From positions 18,236 to 82,235 of the forward strand of contig CAWAYJ010000003.1 in the NCBI GenBank assembly GCA_963786235.1: a stretch of 64,000 nucleotides of DNA. The letters run 5' to 3'. Below, piece by piece: positions 29,152 through 38,097 of the stretch. The notes under the pieces were generated by a model. The model searched no databases. It had not been told where the DNA came from and saw only the letters and a program-made list of their open reading frames with translations. The DNA is from an uncultured Gemmatimonadales bacterium. Lineage in GTDB: Bacteria > Gemmatimonadota > Gemmatimonadetes > Longimicrobiales > RSA9. Positions within the stretch are counted from its first letter, which is position 1. The number at the start of each line of letters is the position of its first letter. Both the position numbers and the translations under genes were made by a program.

Positions 29152-29835
29152 TCAATGTTCGTGCGCGGCTCCGTCCGGCGTCCCGTCCATCGTCGCAGCC
29201 GGCGCCATCGGCATATGCCCGTGCATCCCGCCGCCGATCCAGCCCTGGCGCTTGCCCACCGACCATACCGCAGCCAGCAGCACGCCCGCCGCGAGTGCGC
29301 GGCGCAGGCCGAGACTCGCGCCCAGCAGACGCCGTGCGCCCAGCGTGAGCGCGGCCAGCGCAGGCACCGTGCCCAGCCCGAACAGCGCCATCGCGAGTGC
29401 GCCGACCGGCGCGCTGCCCGTCGCCAGCGGGATGCCGAGCGCCGCGTACACGAGACCGCACGGCAGCAGGCCGTTCGCCGCGCCCAGCACGTAGCGCGAC
29501 GCGACCCCGCGCCGCCCCGTCGCCCACTTCATCACCCGCGCCGCACCCGGCACCGACACCTTCGGCTCCGGCACCAGCCCGGCCAGCGCGGCCGCGAACC
29601 ACGCGACCACCGCCAGCGAGATCACCGCCGGGATCCACGATGGGCCCGGCAGGATGTCGCCGAACGCGCCGGCCAGCGCACCCAGAACCGCGTACGTCGT
29701 CAGCCGGCCCGAATGATACGCGGCCGCGCCTGCCGGGCCGCGGCCGCACGCGAGCACGAACGGCCCGCACATCCCAATGCAGTGGGGACTTCCGACCAGT
29801 CCGGCCAGGAACGCGCCGGCGAGCAGTCCAGTCAT
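29152..29835 (-). CDS. DsbD_2/UreH-like (TauE-like) membrane protein with His/Met-rich tail
   Basis: 227 aa. N-terminal GSPHCIGMCGPF motif, multiple TM helices, C-terminal GGGMHGHMPMAPAATMDGTPDGAAHEH. Confidence 0.7.
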   Translation of the reverse strand: MTGLLAGAFLAGLVGSPHCIGMCGPFVLACGRGPAGAAAYHSGRLTTYAVLGALAGAFGDILPGPSWIPAVISLAVVAWFAAALAGLVPEPKVSVPGAARVMKWATGRRGVASRYVLGAANGLLPCGLVYAALGIPLATGSAPVGALAMALFGLGTVPALAALTLGARRLLGASLGLRRALAAGVLLAAVWSVGKRQGWIGGGMHGHMPMAPAATMDGTPDGAAHEH

Positions 29836-30028
29836 GTCAGCCTCCGGCCGCCGTCGGCCACACCACGCCGCCGGGCCGGTCGAGAGATGGAATCGCGAGA
29901 AAGTTCCCCGAAATCGCCCCGCGAAAGGTCAGGAAATACCCTACTGAAGTGAAGCAAGTTTTCCATACGTTGCGGCGTTCCGTTTCCTGCCGCAGACGAT
30001 AACACCGTCACAGCAAGGGGACCAGTTG

Positions 30029-31510
30029 ATGGAACGCGAGAGCGCGAAGGCACCGGCGAGCGACGCGGCTGTTGCGGCTGCCCCGGTGCGGAGCGCGGCC
30101 GTCGACTACGACGACCGCATCGTGAGGATGTTCCTGGGCGCCGTGGTTCTGTGGGGTGCGGTGGGCATGCTGGTGGGCGTGGTGATCGCGCTGCAGATCG
30201 CGTGGTGGCCGGCGAACCTGGGGTTGCCGTGGACGACGTTCGGGCGGTTGCGTCCGCTGCACACGAACGCGGTGATCTTCGCGTTCGCGGGCAACGTCTG
30301 TTTCATGGGCATTTACTACTCGACGCAGCGGCTGCTGAAAGTCCGGATGTGGAGCGACCTGCTGTCGCGGATCCACTTCTGGGGTTGGCAGGCGATCATC
30401 GTGGCGGCGGCCATCACGTTGCCGCTGGGGATGACGCAGTCGAAGGAGTACGCGGAGCTGATCTGGCCGATCGACGTGGCGATCGCGATCGTGTGGGTGA
30501 TCTTCGGCATCAATTTCTTCGGCACGATCGCGGTGCGGAAGGTCAAGCACCTGTACGTCGCACTGTGGTTCTACATGTCGTTCGTGATCACGATCGCGGT
30601 GCTGCACATTGGCAACAGCCTGGCGATCCCGGCGACGTTGACGCGATCGTACCCCATCTACTCGGGTCTGACCGACGCGTTGGTGCAGTGGTGGTACGGG
30701 CACAACGCGGTGGGCTTCTTCCTGACCACGCCGTTCCTCGGGCTGATGTACTACTTCCTGCCGCGGGCGGCGGAGCGACCGGTCTACAGCTACCGGCTCT
30801 CCATCATCCATTTCTGGGGCCTGGTGTTCCTCTACATCTGGGCGGGGCCGCACCACCTGCTGTACTCGGCGCTGCCGGAATGGGCGCAGACTGTGGGCAT
30901 GGTGTTCAGCATCATGCTGCTGGCGCCGTCGTGGGGCGGCATGCTGAACGGGCTGCTGACGCTGCGCGGCGCGTGGTACAAGTTGCGGACTGACCCGGTG
31001 CTCAAGTTCATGGTGGTGGCGGTGAGCTTCTACGGCATGAGCACGTTCGAGGGGCCGATGATGTCGATCCGCGCGGTGAACGCGCTGTCGCACTACACGA
31101 ACTGGGTGATCGGGCACGTGCACTCGGGCGCGCTGGGCTGGGTCGGCATGATCTCGTTCGGCGTCGTGTACTGGCTGACGCCGCGGCTGTACAACCGGCC
31201 GCTGGCGTACCCGAAGTGGGCGACGACGCACTTCTGGCTGGCGACGATCGGGATCGTGCTCTACACGGTGTCGATGTGGGCGGCCGGCCTGATGGAGGGG
31301 CTGCAATGGCGGCAGATCGCGGAGACCGGTCAGCTGGCGAACCCGATCTTCGTGGACATCGTGCACCGGCTCGCGCCCTTCTACTGGCTGCGCCTGGCGG
31401 GCGGCGTGATGTACCTGACCGGCATGCTGATGCTGGCGTGGAACGTGACCCGCACGGCGCGCGGTGGTCCGGCGCCCGCGGCGGACCTGGCGGCCCCGGT
31501 CGCGGCCTGA
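30029..31510 (+). CDS. ccoN: cbb3-type cytochrome c oxidase subunit I
   Basis: 493 aa, 12+ TM, with heme-copper His ligands in CcoN-type context (HFWG, GHVHSGALGW). AAGGGGA Shine-Dalgarno 8 nt upstream. Confidence 0.92.
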   Translation: MERESAKAPASDAAVAAAPVRSAAVDYDDRIVRMFLGAVVLWGAVGMLVGVVIALQIAWWPANLGLPWTTFGRLRPLHTNAVIFAFAGNVCFMGIYYSTQRLLKVRMWSDLLSRIHFWGWQAIIVAAAITLPLGMTQSKEYAELIWPIDVAIAIVWVIFGINFFGTIAVRKVKHLYVALWFYMSFVITIAVLHIGNSLAIPATLTRSYPIYSGLTDALVQWWYGHNAVGFFLTTPFLGLMYYFLPRAAERPVYSYRLSIIHFWGLVFLYIWAGPHHLLYSALPEWAQTVGMVFSIMLLAPSWGGMLNGLLTLRGAWYKLRTDPVLKFMVVAVSFYGMSTFEGPMMSIRAVNALSHYTNWVIGHVHSGALGWVGMISFGVVYWLTPRLYNRPLAYPKWATTHFWLATIGIVLYTVSMWAAGLMEGLQWRQIAETGQLANPIFVDIVHRLAPFYWLRLAGGVMYLTGMLMLAWNVTRTARGGPAPAADLAAPVAA

Positions 31511-31528
31511 ACCCGGCGAGGTCGAACA

Positions 31529-32338
31529 ATGGCTGACAACAAGCAGGCGAGTGGCGAAAGCGAGAAGGGCTACAGCCAGTTCCACCGCAGTTTCTTCGAG
31601 GGCCGGTCCGGCGTGTTCGCGGTCGGGATGACGATCGCGATCCTGATCGGCGGGATGGTCGAGATCATCCCGATGTACTCGGCGAAGGCGGGCCCGGAGC
31701 GGGCCGACTGGGTGACGCCCTACACGCCGCTGGAAGTCGCCGGGCGCGACATCTACATCCGCGAAGGCTGCTACCTCTGCCACTCGCAGATGATCCGGCC
31801 GATGCGGGCCGAGCTGCTCCGCTACGGCGAGTGGACCCGCGCACCCGAGTACCAGTACGACCGGCCGTTCCTGCTCGGCTCGCGCCGCATGGGGCCGGAC
31901 CTGCAGCGCGTCGGTGGCAAGTACCCGGACGCGTGGCATTTCGAGCACATGCGTGACCCGCGCAGCACATCGCCGGGCAGCGTGATGCCGACCTACCCGT
32001 GGCTGCACGAGAAGAGCATCGACCCGGCCGACGTACGCGCGTCGGTGGTCGCGCTGAAGCGAGTCGGCACGCCGTACACCGACGAGCAGGTGGCGTCGGT
32101 CGCGGACAGCCTGACGGCGCAGGGCACGCGCATCGCGCAGAGCCTCGCTACGACCGGCATCCAGACGGAGCCGAACCGGGAGATCATAGCGCTGATCGCG
32201 TACCTGCAGCGGCTCGGCCAGGATGGCAAGCGCCACCTCGAGGCGCAGCAGACGGGCGCGGCAGGAAGCTCGGCCGCGGCAGCCGCGCCCGCGGCCGCGG
32301 CGCCGGCGACGGAGCGGCAGCCCGGAGGCGGGCAATGA
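31529..32338 (+). CDS. ccoO: cbb3-type cytochrome c oxidase subunit II (monoheme), with Ala/Gly-rich C-terminal extension
   Basis: [14 protein letters not shown] heme site, FixO-type N-terminal TM, roughly 40-aa low-complexity tail. Confidence 0.9.
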   Translation: MADNKQASGESEKGYSQFHRSFFEGRSGVFAVGMTIAILIGGMVEIIPMYSAKAGPERADWVTPYTPLEVAGRDIYIREGCYLCHSQMIRPMRAELLRYGEWTRAPEYQYDRPFLLGSRRMGPDLQRVGGKYPDAWHFEHMRDPRSTSPGSVMPTYPWLHEKSIDPADVRASVVALKRVGTPYTDEQVASVADSLTAQGTRIAQSLATTGIQTEPNREIIALIAYLQRLGQDGKRHLEAQQTGAAGSSAAAAAPAAAAPATERQPGGGQ

Positions 32339-32514
32339 ACCCGCTGCTTCACGAGGCGGCCGGCTCGGTGCGGATGGGCTGGCTGCTGGGTCTCATGACC
32401 GTGGTCTTCCTGGCGTTGTTCATCGCATGGATCGCGTGGGCGTACGCGCCGCGGCGCAAGGCCGCCATGGACGAGTACGCCCGGCTGCCCCTGGACGACG
32501 GAGGCGAAGCGTGA
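32335..32514 (+). CDS. ccoQ: cbb3 oxidase small subunit CcoQ/FixQ-like
   Basis: 59 aa with a single TM ([23 protein letters not shown]). ATGA overlap with the ccoO stop. Confidence 0.65.
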   Translation: MNPLLHEAAGSVRMGWLLGLMTVVFLALFIAWIAWAYAPRRKAAMDEYARLPLDDGGEA

Positions 32515-33077
32515 GCAAGGAAACGAACCGTCTGCTCGGCCACGCGGATGAGGCGGACGGGATCGAGGAATACGACAACCCGCTTCCGGACTGGTGGCTC
32601 GGCCTGTTCTGGCTGACGATTATCTGGGCGTTCGCATACGCGGTACACTACCATTTCATCGCGCACCGCTCCTACCAGAAGGAGCTGGCGGCCGAGATGG
32701 CGGCCGCCGCCGTGCGCTGGCCCGCGCAGGAGACGGGCGGCGCCTCGCTGTCGTTCGCGCCCGAGGCGGTCGCGGCGGGCGAGGCGATCTTCAACCAGAA
32801 CTGTGTGGTCTGCCACGGCCAGGACATGAAGGGCGGCATCGGGCCGAACCTGCTCGATCCCGACTGGATCCACGGCGGCACGGCCGCCGACGTCGTGCGC
32901 ACCATCACGGAGGGCGTGCCGGAGAAGGGCATGCTGACCTGGGGGCCGATCCTCGGGCCGGAGAAGATCAACCAGGTCGCGGCCTACGTGATCACGAAGA
33001 ACGCGGAGGCGCTGGGTCGGGCGCCGGAGTCGTACCTGGGTGGGGGAACCGCGGCGCCGGACACGGCGTCGAACTGA
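32511..33077 (+). CDS. ccoP: cbb3 oxidase subunit III-like, monoheme CcoP
   Basis: GTGA overlap with the ccoQ stop. FixP N-terminal motif ([28 protein letters not shown]). Only one CxxCH (CVVCH). Confidence 0.8.
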   Translation: MSKETNRLLGHADEADGIEEYDNPLPDWWLGLFWLTIIWAFAYAVHYHFIAHRSYQKELAAEMAAAAVRWPAQETGGASLSFAPEAVAAGEAIFNQNCVVCHGQDMKGGIGPNLLDPDWIHGGTAADVVRTITEGVPEKGMLTWGPILGPEKINQVAAYVITKNAEALGRAPESYLGGGTAAPDTASN

Positions 33078-33080
33078 ATG

Positions 33081-33226
33081 CGGGTGGCGGGAGTGGAGGC
33101 GGAGGCGTTTGCGGGGCCGGGAGCGGGAGCGGCGGGAGCGGGATGGGAGCGGGAGCGTCCGCACCCGCCGCACCCGCAAACGCGCCCGCAAACGCCTCCG
33201 CCTCCGCCCCCGCCCCCCGAATCCCT
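33081..33226. repeat. GC-rich palindromic repeat element, copy A (full, two arms)
   Basis: Left core GGAGGCGGAGGCGTTTGCGG at 33095-33114. Its exact reverse complement CCGCAAACGCCTCCGCCTCC is at 33186-33205. The flanking G-rich and C-rich arms are imperfectly complementary. Confidence 0.85.
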
Positions 33227-33262
33227 TCAACCCGTGATCGAACCGCGGTAAGGTAGAAATAG

Positions 33263-34612
33263 ATGCTCGGATTCAGTGGGACCCGGGAGTGGGTGTATCC
33301 GCAGTCCATTCGTGGGCGGTGGATGACGCTCCGGCGCTGGACGTTCTTCGGGCTGCACATCGTGCTGTTCGTACTGCCGTGGTTCACGCTGAACGGGCAC
33401 CCGCTGCTGAGGGTGGACCTGCCGGCGCGGCGGCTGTTCCTGTTCGGCCAGATCTACACGGCGTCGGACACGATCTTCCTGCTGCTGCTGCTTCTGTTCC
33501 TGGCGTTCCTGCTGTTCTTCGCTACGGCGATCCTGGGGCGCGTGTGGTGCGGGTACGCGTGTCCGCAGACGGTCTTCCTCGAGACCTGGATCCGGCCGAT
33601 CGAGCTGTGGATCGAGGGCGACCGGTCAAGGCGGAAGCGCCGGGACGCGGCGGGCCTCTCGTTCGACCTGGTCTGGCGCAAGGTCGTGAAATGGCTCCTC
33701 TTCGGCGCGGTCTCGCTGCTTCTGGGCATGGCGTTCATGTCCATTTTCGCGGGGGCGCGCGAGCTGTGGACGGGGCGGGCCGGCCCGGTCGAGTACACGC
33801 TCGTCCTGATCATCGCGGGCGCGTTCTTCCTCGACTTCGTCTGGTTCCGGGAGCAGTTCTGCAACTATCTCTGCCCGTACGCCCGGTTCCAGAGCGCGCT
33901 GGCCGATGACCACAGCCTGACGGTCACGTATGACATCGGCCGGGGCGAGCCGCGCGGCCACGGTCCGGCGGTTGCGGCGGCGGGCCGCTGCATCGAGTGC
34001 AGCAAGTGCGTCGCGGTGTGTCCGCAGGGGATCGACATCCGGAACGGCTTCCAGCTCGAGTGCATCCAGTGCGCGCGCTGCATCGATGCGTGCACGTCGG
34101 TGATGGAGCCACTCGGGCACCGGACGCTGGTGCAGTACAGCACGATCGCGGCGAGCGAGGGCCGGCCGGTCCGGAAGATGCGCGGGCGCACGATCGTGTA
34201 CGGCGGTCTCATGACCGCGCTCGTCGCCGCGTCCATCACGCTGTTGGTGACGCGGACGCCTTTCGAGGCGACCGTGAACCGGGCGCCCGGCTCGCTCTTC
34301 ACGATCGATGCCGACGGTTATGTCCGGAACACGTTCCTGTTGAGCGTGACCAACAACGACCCGTCGGTGGACGAGCAGGTGTACCAGGTTTCGGTGGACG
34401 GCCTGGACGGCGCCGAGGTGCTGACCGAGCCGGTCCGGCTCCGCTCGATGGAGTCGCGCGTCGTGCCGCTGATCGTCCGGGTGCCGCAGACGCCGGGACT
34501 CGCGCGCACGGTGGCGCTGCACGTGCACGTCACGGGCGACCGTTCACAGGTCATGCTGGAGACCACCTTCAAGAGTGGATCGGCCCTCAATGAAGAGACC
34601 TCCCGACCCTGA
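33263..34612 (+). CDS. ccoG: cytochrome c oxidase accessory protein CcoG/FixG (4Fe-4S)
   Basis: CGYACPQ and CIECSKCVAVCPQGIDIR...CIQCARCIDAC ferredoxin motifs. Confidence 0.9.
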   Translation: MLGFSGTREWVYPQSIRGRWMTLRRWTFFGLHIVLFVLPWFTLNGHPLLRVDLPARRLFLFGQIYTASDTIFLLLLLLFLAFLLFFATAILGRVWCGYACPQTVFLETWIRPIELWIEGDRSRRKRRDAAGLSFDLVWRKVVKWLLFGAVSLLLGMAFMSIFAGARELWTGRAGPVEYTLVLIIAGAFFLDFVWFREQFCNYLCPYARFQSALADDHSLTVTYDIGRGEPRGHGPAVAAAGRCIECSKCVAVCPQGIDIRNGFQLECIQCARCIDACTSVMEPLGHRTLVQYSTIAASEGRPVRKMRGRTIVYGGLMTALVAASITLLVTRTPFEATVNRAPGSLFTIDADGYVRNTFLLSVTNNDPSVDEQVYQVSVDGLDGAEVLTEPVRLRSMESRVVPLIVRVPQTPGLARTVALHVHVTGDRSQVMLETTFKSGSALNEETSRP

Positions 34613-34778
34613 CACGGGCGCCGCCGCCCGCCCGCTCGCGATCCGCGCGGACTGGATCTGGCCGGTCGCCATCATCGTCGCCCTGCTGATCGTGGTCGCC
34701 GTCAACGCCGCCTACATCTGGGTCGCGGTGTCCGGCGCGGACGATGTCGTACCGTCCTACGTCACCGAAGACCGCTGA
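34590..34778 (+). CDS. short FixH-like membrane protein
   Basis: 62 aa. WIWPVAIIVALLIVVAVNAAYIWVAVSG resembles the FixH N-terminal TM. It sits between ccoG and ccoI and lacks the usual periplasmic domain. Confidence 0.5.
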   Translation: MKRPPDPDTGAAARPLAIRADWIWPVAIIVALLIVVAVNAAYIWVAVSGADDVVPSYVTEDR

Positions 34779-34800
34779 GCCCCGCCGGGGCTCCGCGTCC

Positions 34801-37110
34801 ATGACGGAGTCCGCGCGGTCGGACTCCGTTGACGTTTCGCGCAGCGCGCGCTGCCCGCATTGCGGCGCGGCGGTCGAGGGCGCGGAAGACGCGTACTGCT
34901 GCCACGGCTGCGAGCTGGCCGCCGAGATCATCCGGGACGCGGGCCTCGAGCGTTATTACGCGGAACGCGAGACGTGGGCGCCACGGCCGAGCGGGAAGGC
35001 GCCAGGTTGGAGCGCCGCGCCCGTGCACGAGCTCGAGGACGGCACCTGCGAAACGCGCCTCCACATCGACGGCCTGCGCTGCGCATCGTGCGTCTGGGTC
35101 ACCGAGAACGTGCTCGCCGCTACCGGCGGCGTGGTCGATGCGCACGTCAGCTACGCCACCGGCCGCGCCACCGTGCGCTGGGACCCGCACGCGATCGACC
35201 TCGATGGCGTCGCCAACCGGATCGCGCAGCTCGGCTACCGGCCGCGCCCGCTGGGCGAGGAACGCGCGCCCGACCGCGACCTGCTGGTCCGGCTCGGCGT
35301 CGCCACGTTCGCCGCGCTCAACGTCATGCTCATCTATGCGTCGCTCTACGCCGGCTGGTGGAGCGGCATGGCGCCGCGCTTCGTCGCGCTCTTCGACTGG
35401 ACCGCGCTCGCGCTCGCGACACCGGTCGCGCTCTGGTGCGCCGAGCCGTTCTACCGCGGCGCCATGGGCGGGCTCCGCCACCGCGTGCTGCACATGGACC
35501 TGCCCATCGCGATCGCGGTGGCTGTTCTGTACGTCCACGGACTTTGGGCGACGCTCGCCGGCGCGCACGCCTACCTCGACTCGCTCACCATGCTCGTCGC
35601 GCTGCTGCTCGCGGGCCGCGTGCTCGAGGGGCGCGGCCGGCGTCGCGCGGCCGAAGCCGCGGTCGCGCTCGCAGCGTCACTGCCGAACACCGCACGGCGT
35701 CGTGCAGGCGACGCGGTCGAGCGCGTGCCCGCGCAGGATCTCGCCGCCGACGACGTCATCCTCGTCGGGCCAGGCGAGGAGGTCGCGGCGGACGGCATCG
35801 TGCTCGCGGGCAAGGGGTCGCTCAACCGCGCTCTGGTGACGGGCGAGTCGGAGCCGGCGTCGATCGGCGCGGGCGACCGCGTCGTGGCGGGCACCGCGCT
35901 CATCGATGGCGCGGTCGAGATCACCGTGCAGGCGGCCGGCAGCGACACGCTGATCCAGCGCATGGCCGCCGAGCTCCGCGAGTCGGCGGACCGCGGCGCG
36001 AGGCCCGACGCCGCCGACCGCATCGCGCCCTGGTTTACCGCGGGCACACTCACTGTCGCGGCCATAACGTTCGGCGTGTGGCTCGCCCTGGCCGGGACCG
36101 GCCGCGCCCTCGAGGCGACCGTCGCCGTGCTCGTGGTCGCGTGTCCCTGCGCCCTCGCGCTCTCCCGTCCATTGTCCGCCGCCGCCGGCCTCGGCGCCGC
36201 CGCGCGACGCGGCATCTTCTTCCGCTCCGCCGACGCGCTGCTCGACCTCGCCACCGTGGACGTCATGGCGCTGGACAAGACGGGCACCGTCACGGAGGGC
36301 GAGATCCGGATCACGGAGGCGAGCGACGTCGCCCTCCGCATCGCGTCCGGGCTCGAACGGTTCAGCGTGCACCCCGTCGCCCGGGCCATCGTCGATGAAG
36401 CCGTGCGACGCGGCATCCCGCTGCCACTTGCGGCCGATGTCGAAGAAACGCCCGGCCGCGGCGTGACCGGCGTCGTCGACGAAACTCGCTGGAGCCTCGC
36501 GGCCGGCGACCCGCGCGAGCTCGTGCTCGAGTCCGCCGAGGAGCGTCACGTGCTCCGCATCGGCGATGTCTCCCGCGAGGATTCCGGGCGCATCGTCCGC
36601 GCGCTCAGGGACGCCGGCTTCCGGCTCACCCTGCTGAGCGGCGACCGGAGCGAGGTCGCGGCCAGCGTGGGCGTCGAGACCGGCCTCGACGAGACGATCG
36701 GACAGCTCGACCCCGAACAGAAGGCCGCGTGGGTGCGGGCACGGCGCGACGAGGGCAACCGCGTCGCGTTCGTCGGCGACGGGCTCAATGACGGACCCGC
36801 CCTCGGCGCCGCCGACGTCGGCATCGCCATGGGCGCCGGCGCCGCGACCAGCGTCCTCGTCGCCGACGCCGTCATCGCACTCCGCTCGCTCCGGCCCGTC
36901 CTCGCCGCCGTCCGGGCCGGCCGCGCCTGCCGGCGCGCCATCCGGGTGAGCCAGACGCGCTCGATCGTGTATAATGTCCTTGCGGTCAGCGCGGCCGCGC
37001 TGGGTTGGGTCAACCCGCTGGTTGCCGCCGTCCTGATGCCGCTCTCCAGCGGCATGGTCATCTGGACCGCCTCGCGCGTCGAGGCGGCCGTGCGCAAGGC
37101 GGAGGCATGA
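34801..37110 (+). CDS. ccoI: copper-translocating P1B-type ATPase CcoI/FixI
   Basis: N-terminal CPHCG...CCHGCE metal-binding domain, CPC, DKTGTVT and GDGLNDGPAL motifs. Confidence 0.92.
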   Translation: MTESARSDSVDVSRSARCPHCGAAVEGAEDAYCCHGCELAAEIIRDAGLERYYAERETWAPRPSGKAPGWSAAPVHELEDGTCETRLHIDGLRCASCVWVTENVLAATGGVVDAHVSYATGRATVRWDPHAIDLDGVANRIAQLGYRPRPLGEERAPDRDLLVRLGVATFAALNVMLIYASLYAGWWSGMAPRFVALFDWTALALATPVALWCAEPFYRGAMGGLRHRVLHMDLPIAIAVAVLYVHGLWATLAGAHAYLDSLTMLVALLLAGRVLEGRGRRRAAEAAVALAASLPNTARRRAGDAVERVPAQDLAADDVILVGPGEEVAADGIVLAGKGSLNRALVTGESEPASIGAGDRVVAGTALIDGAVEITVQAAGSDTLIQRMAAELRESADRGARPDAADRIAPWFTAGTLTVAAITFGVWLALAGTGRALEATVAVLVVACPCALALSRPLSAAAGLGAAARRGIFFRSADALLDLATVDVMALDKTGTVTEGEIRITEASDVALRIASGLERFSVHPVARAIVDEAVRRGIPLPLAADVEETPGRGVTGVVDETRWSLAAGDPRELVLESAEERHVLRIGDVSREDSGRIVRALRDAGFRLTLLSGDRSEVAASVGVETGLDETIGQLDPEQKAAWVRARRDEGNRVAFVGDGLNDGPALGAADVGIAMGAGAATSVLVADAVIALRSLRPVLAAVRAGRACRRAIRVSQTRSIVYNVLAVSAAALGWVNPLVAAVLMPLSSGMVIWTASRVEAAVRKAEA

Positions 37111-37241
37111 ACGCAGTCCTTTTCCTCCTGCCCCTCGCGATCCTGCTCGGCGCGATCTTCGCCGTGCTGTTCATCGTGGCCGTGAAGAGCGGCCAGTTCG
37201 ACGACCTCGACGACCCGCCCGAACGCATACTGCACGACTGA
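37107..37241 (+). CDS. ccoS: cbb3 oxidase maturation protein CcoS/FixS
   Basis: 44 aa, LLPLAILLGAIFAVLFIVAVKSGQFDDLDDP. ATGA overlap with the ccoI stop. Confidence 0.85.
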   Translation: MNAVLFLLPLAILLGAIFAVLFIVAVKSGQFDDLDDPPERILHD

Positions 37242-37345
37242 CAGACGGCACGGGCGGCTCCCGCCTCACCTTGTCCCACCCGCCCATGGCACGGCCCCGG
37301 CCGGTCCGCGATCCTCCCGGGCGGGGGACGGGCGTGCGTCGTGGA

Positions 37346-37375
37346 TTGACCATGATCGCTGACCATGGTTAGCTT
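37346..37375 (+). promoter_or_regulatory. candidate promoter/operator of the phd-vapC module
   Basis: TTGACC (37346-37351), a 17-nt spacer, then TTAGCT/TAGCTT. Direct repeat TGACCATG at 37347-37354 and 37360-37367. Confidence 0.35.
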
Positions 37376-37402
37376 TCTGGCATGAGCGAGCCGAAGGAGT
37401 CG

Positions 37403-37705
37403 ATGGCGATCTCGAAGTTCAAGGCGACGTGCCTCGCGGTGCTGGAGCGGGTGCGGCGGACGGGCGAGCCGGTGCGGATCACGCGCTTCGGCCGGCCAGT
37501 TGCGGACGTCGTGCCGCCCGCGCCGCCAACGGTGCCGGAGTCGTGGCTCGGGGCGTTGCGAGGTCGTGGCCGCGTCGCATCCGACCTGATCGAGCCAGTG
37601 GTGGAAGCGTCGGAATGGGAAGCGCTGGCGAGTTCGAGGAAGGGTCGGGATTCGGGGGATCCGGGTGGTTCGGGGCGGTCGTCCCGGAAGGGGCCGCGGC
37701 GGTGA
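37403..37705 (+). CDS. Phd/YefM-family antitoxin with Gly/Arg-rich C-terminal tail
   Basis: MAISKFKATCLAVLERVRRTGEPVRITRFGRPVADVV. AAGGAG lies 5 nt upstream of the ATG at 37403. The last ~24 codons are encoded by a G-rich repeat-like segment. Confidence 0.75.
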   Translation: MAISKFKATCLAVLERVRRTGEPVRITRFGRPVADVVPPAPPTVPESWLGALRGRGRVASDLIEPVVEASEWEALASSRKGRDSGDPGGSGRSSRKGPRR

Positions 37706-38097
37706 GGTACCTGCTGGACACGCACGTGTGGGCGTGGAGCCTGGTGGATCCGGAGCGCTTGCCGGCGCGTGGGCTCCGGATCCTGGAGGACCCGTCGAGC
37801 GAGGGTTGGCTGTCGCCGATCAGCGCGTGGGAGTTGTCGCTGCTGATCGAGCGAGGCCGGCTGGAGGCGGATGCACCGGCGGACGAATGGGTCCGGGAGG
37901 CGTTGCGGCGAACGCCACTGCGCGAGGCGCCGCTGAATCACGAGGTTGCGCTGCGCAGCCGGACGGTCCGCCTTCCCCATGCGGATCCGGCGGACCGGTT
38001 CCTGGTCGCGACGGCGGAGGTGTGGGAGCTGACGCTGCTCACGGCGGACCAGCGGCTGCTGGACGCGCGTGCGTGCAAGGTGCTGGACTGTCGCTAG
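37702..38097 (+). CDS. vapC: PIN-domain toxin VapC
   Basis: GTG start overlapping the antitoxin stop (GTGA). RYLLDTHVWAWSL...PADRFLVATA...LLTAD PIN motifs. Confidence 0.8.
   Translation: MRYLLDTHVWAWSLVDPERLPARGLRILEDPSSEGWLSPISAWELSLLIERGRLEADAPADEWVREALRRTPLREAPLNHEVALRSRTVRLPHADPADRFLVATAEVWELTLLTADQRLLDARACKVLDCR

Noticed and set aside
29836-30028. A search for an FNR/Crp-type box (TTGAT-N4-ATCAA) upstream of ccoN.
   Set aside because: No such dyad is present. There is only a weak hairpin, TGCGGC-N12-GCCGCA, and a CGCGA(G)AAAG direct repeat, which is not enough to call a site.
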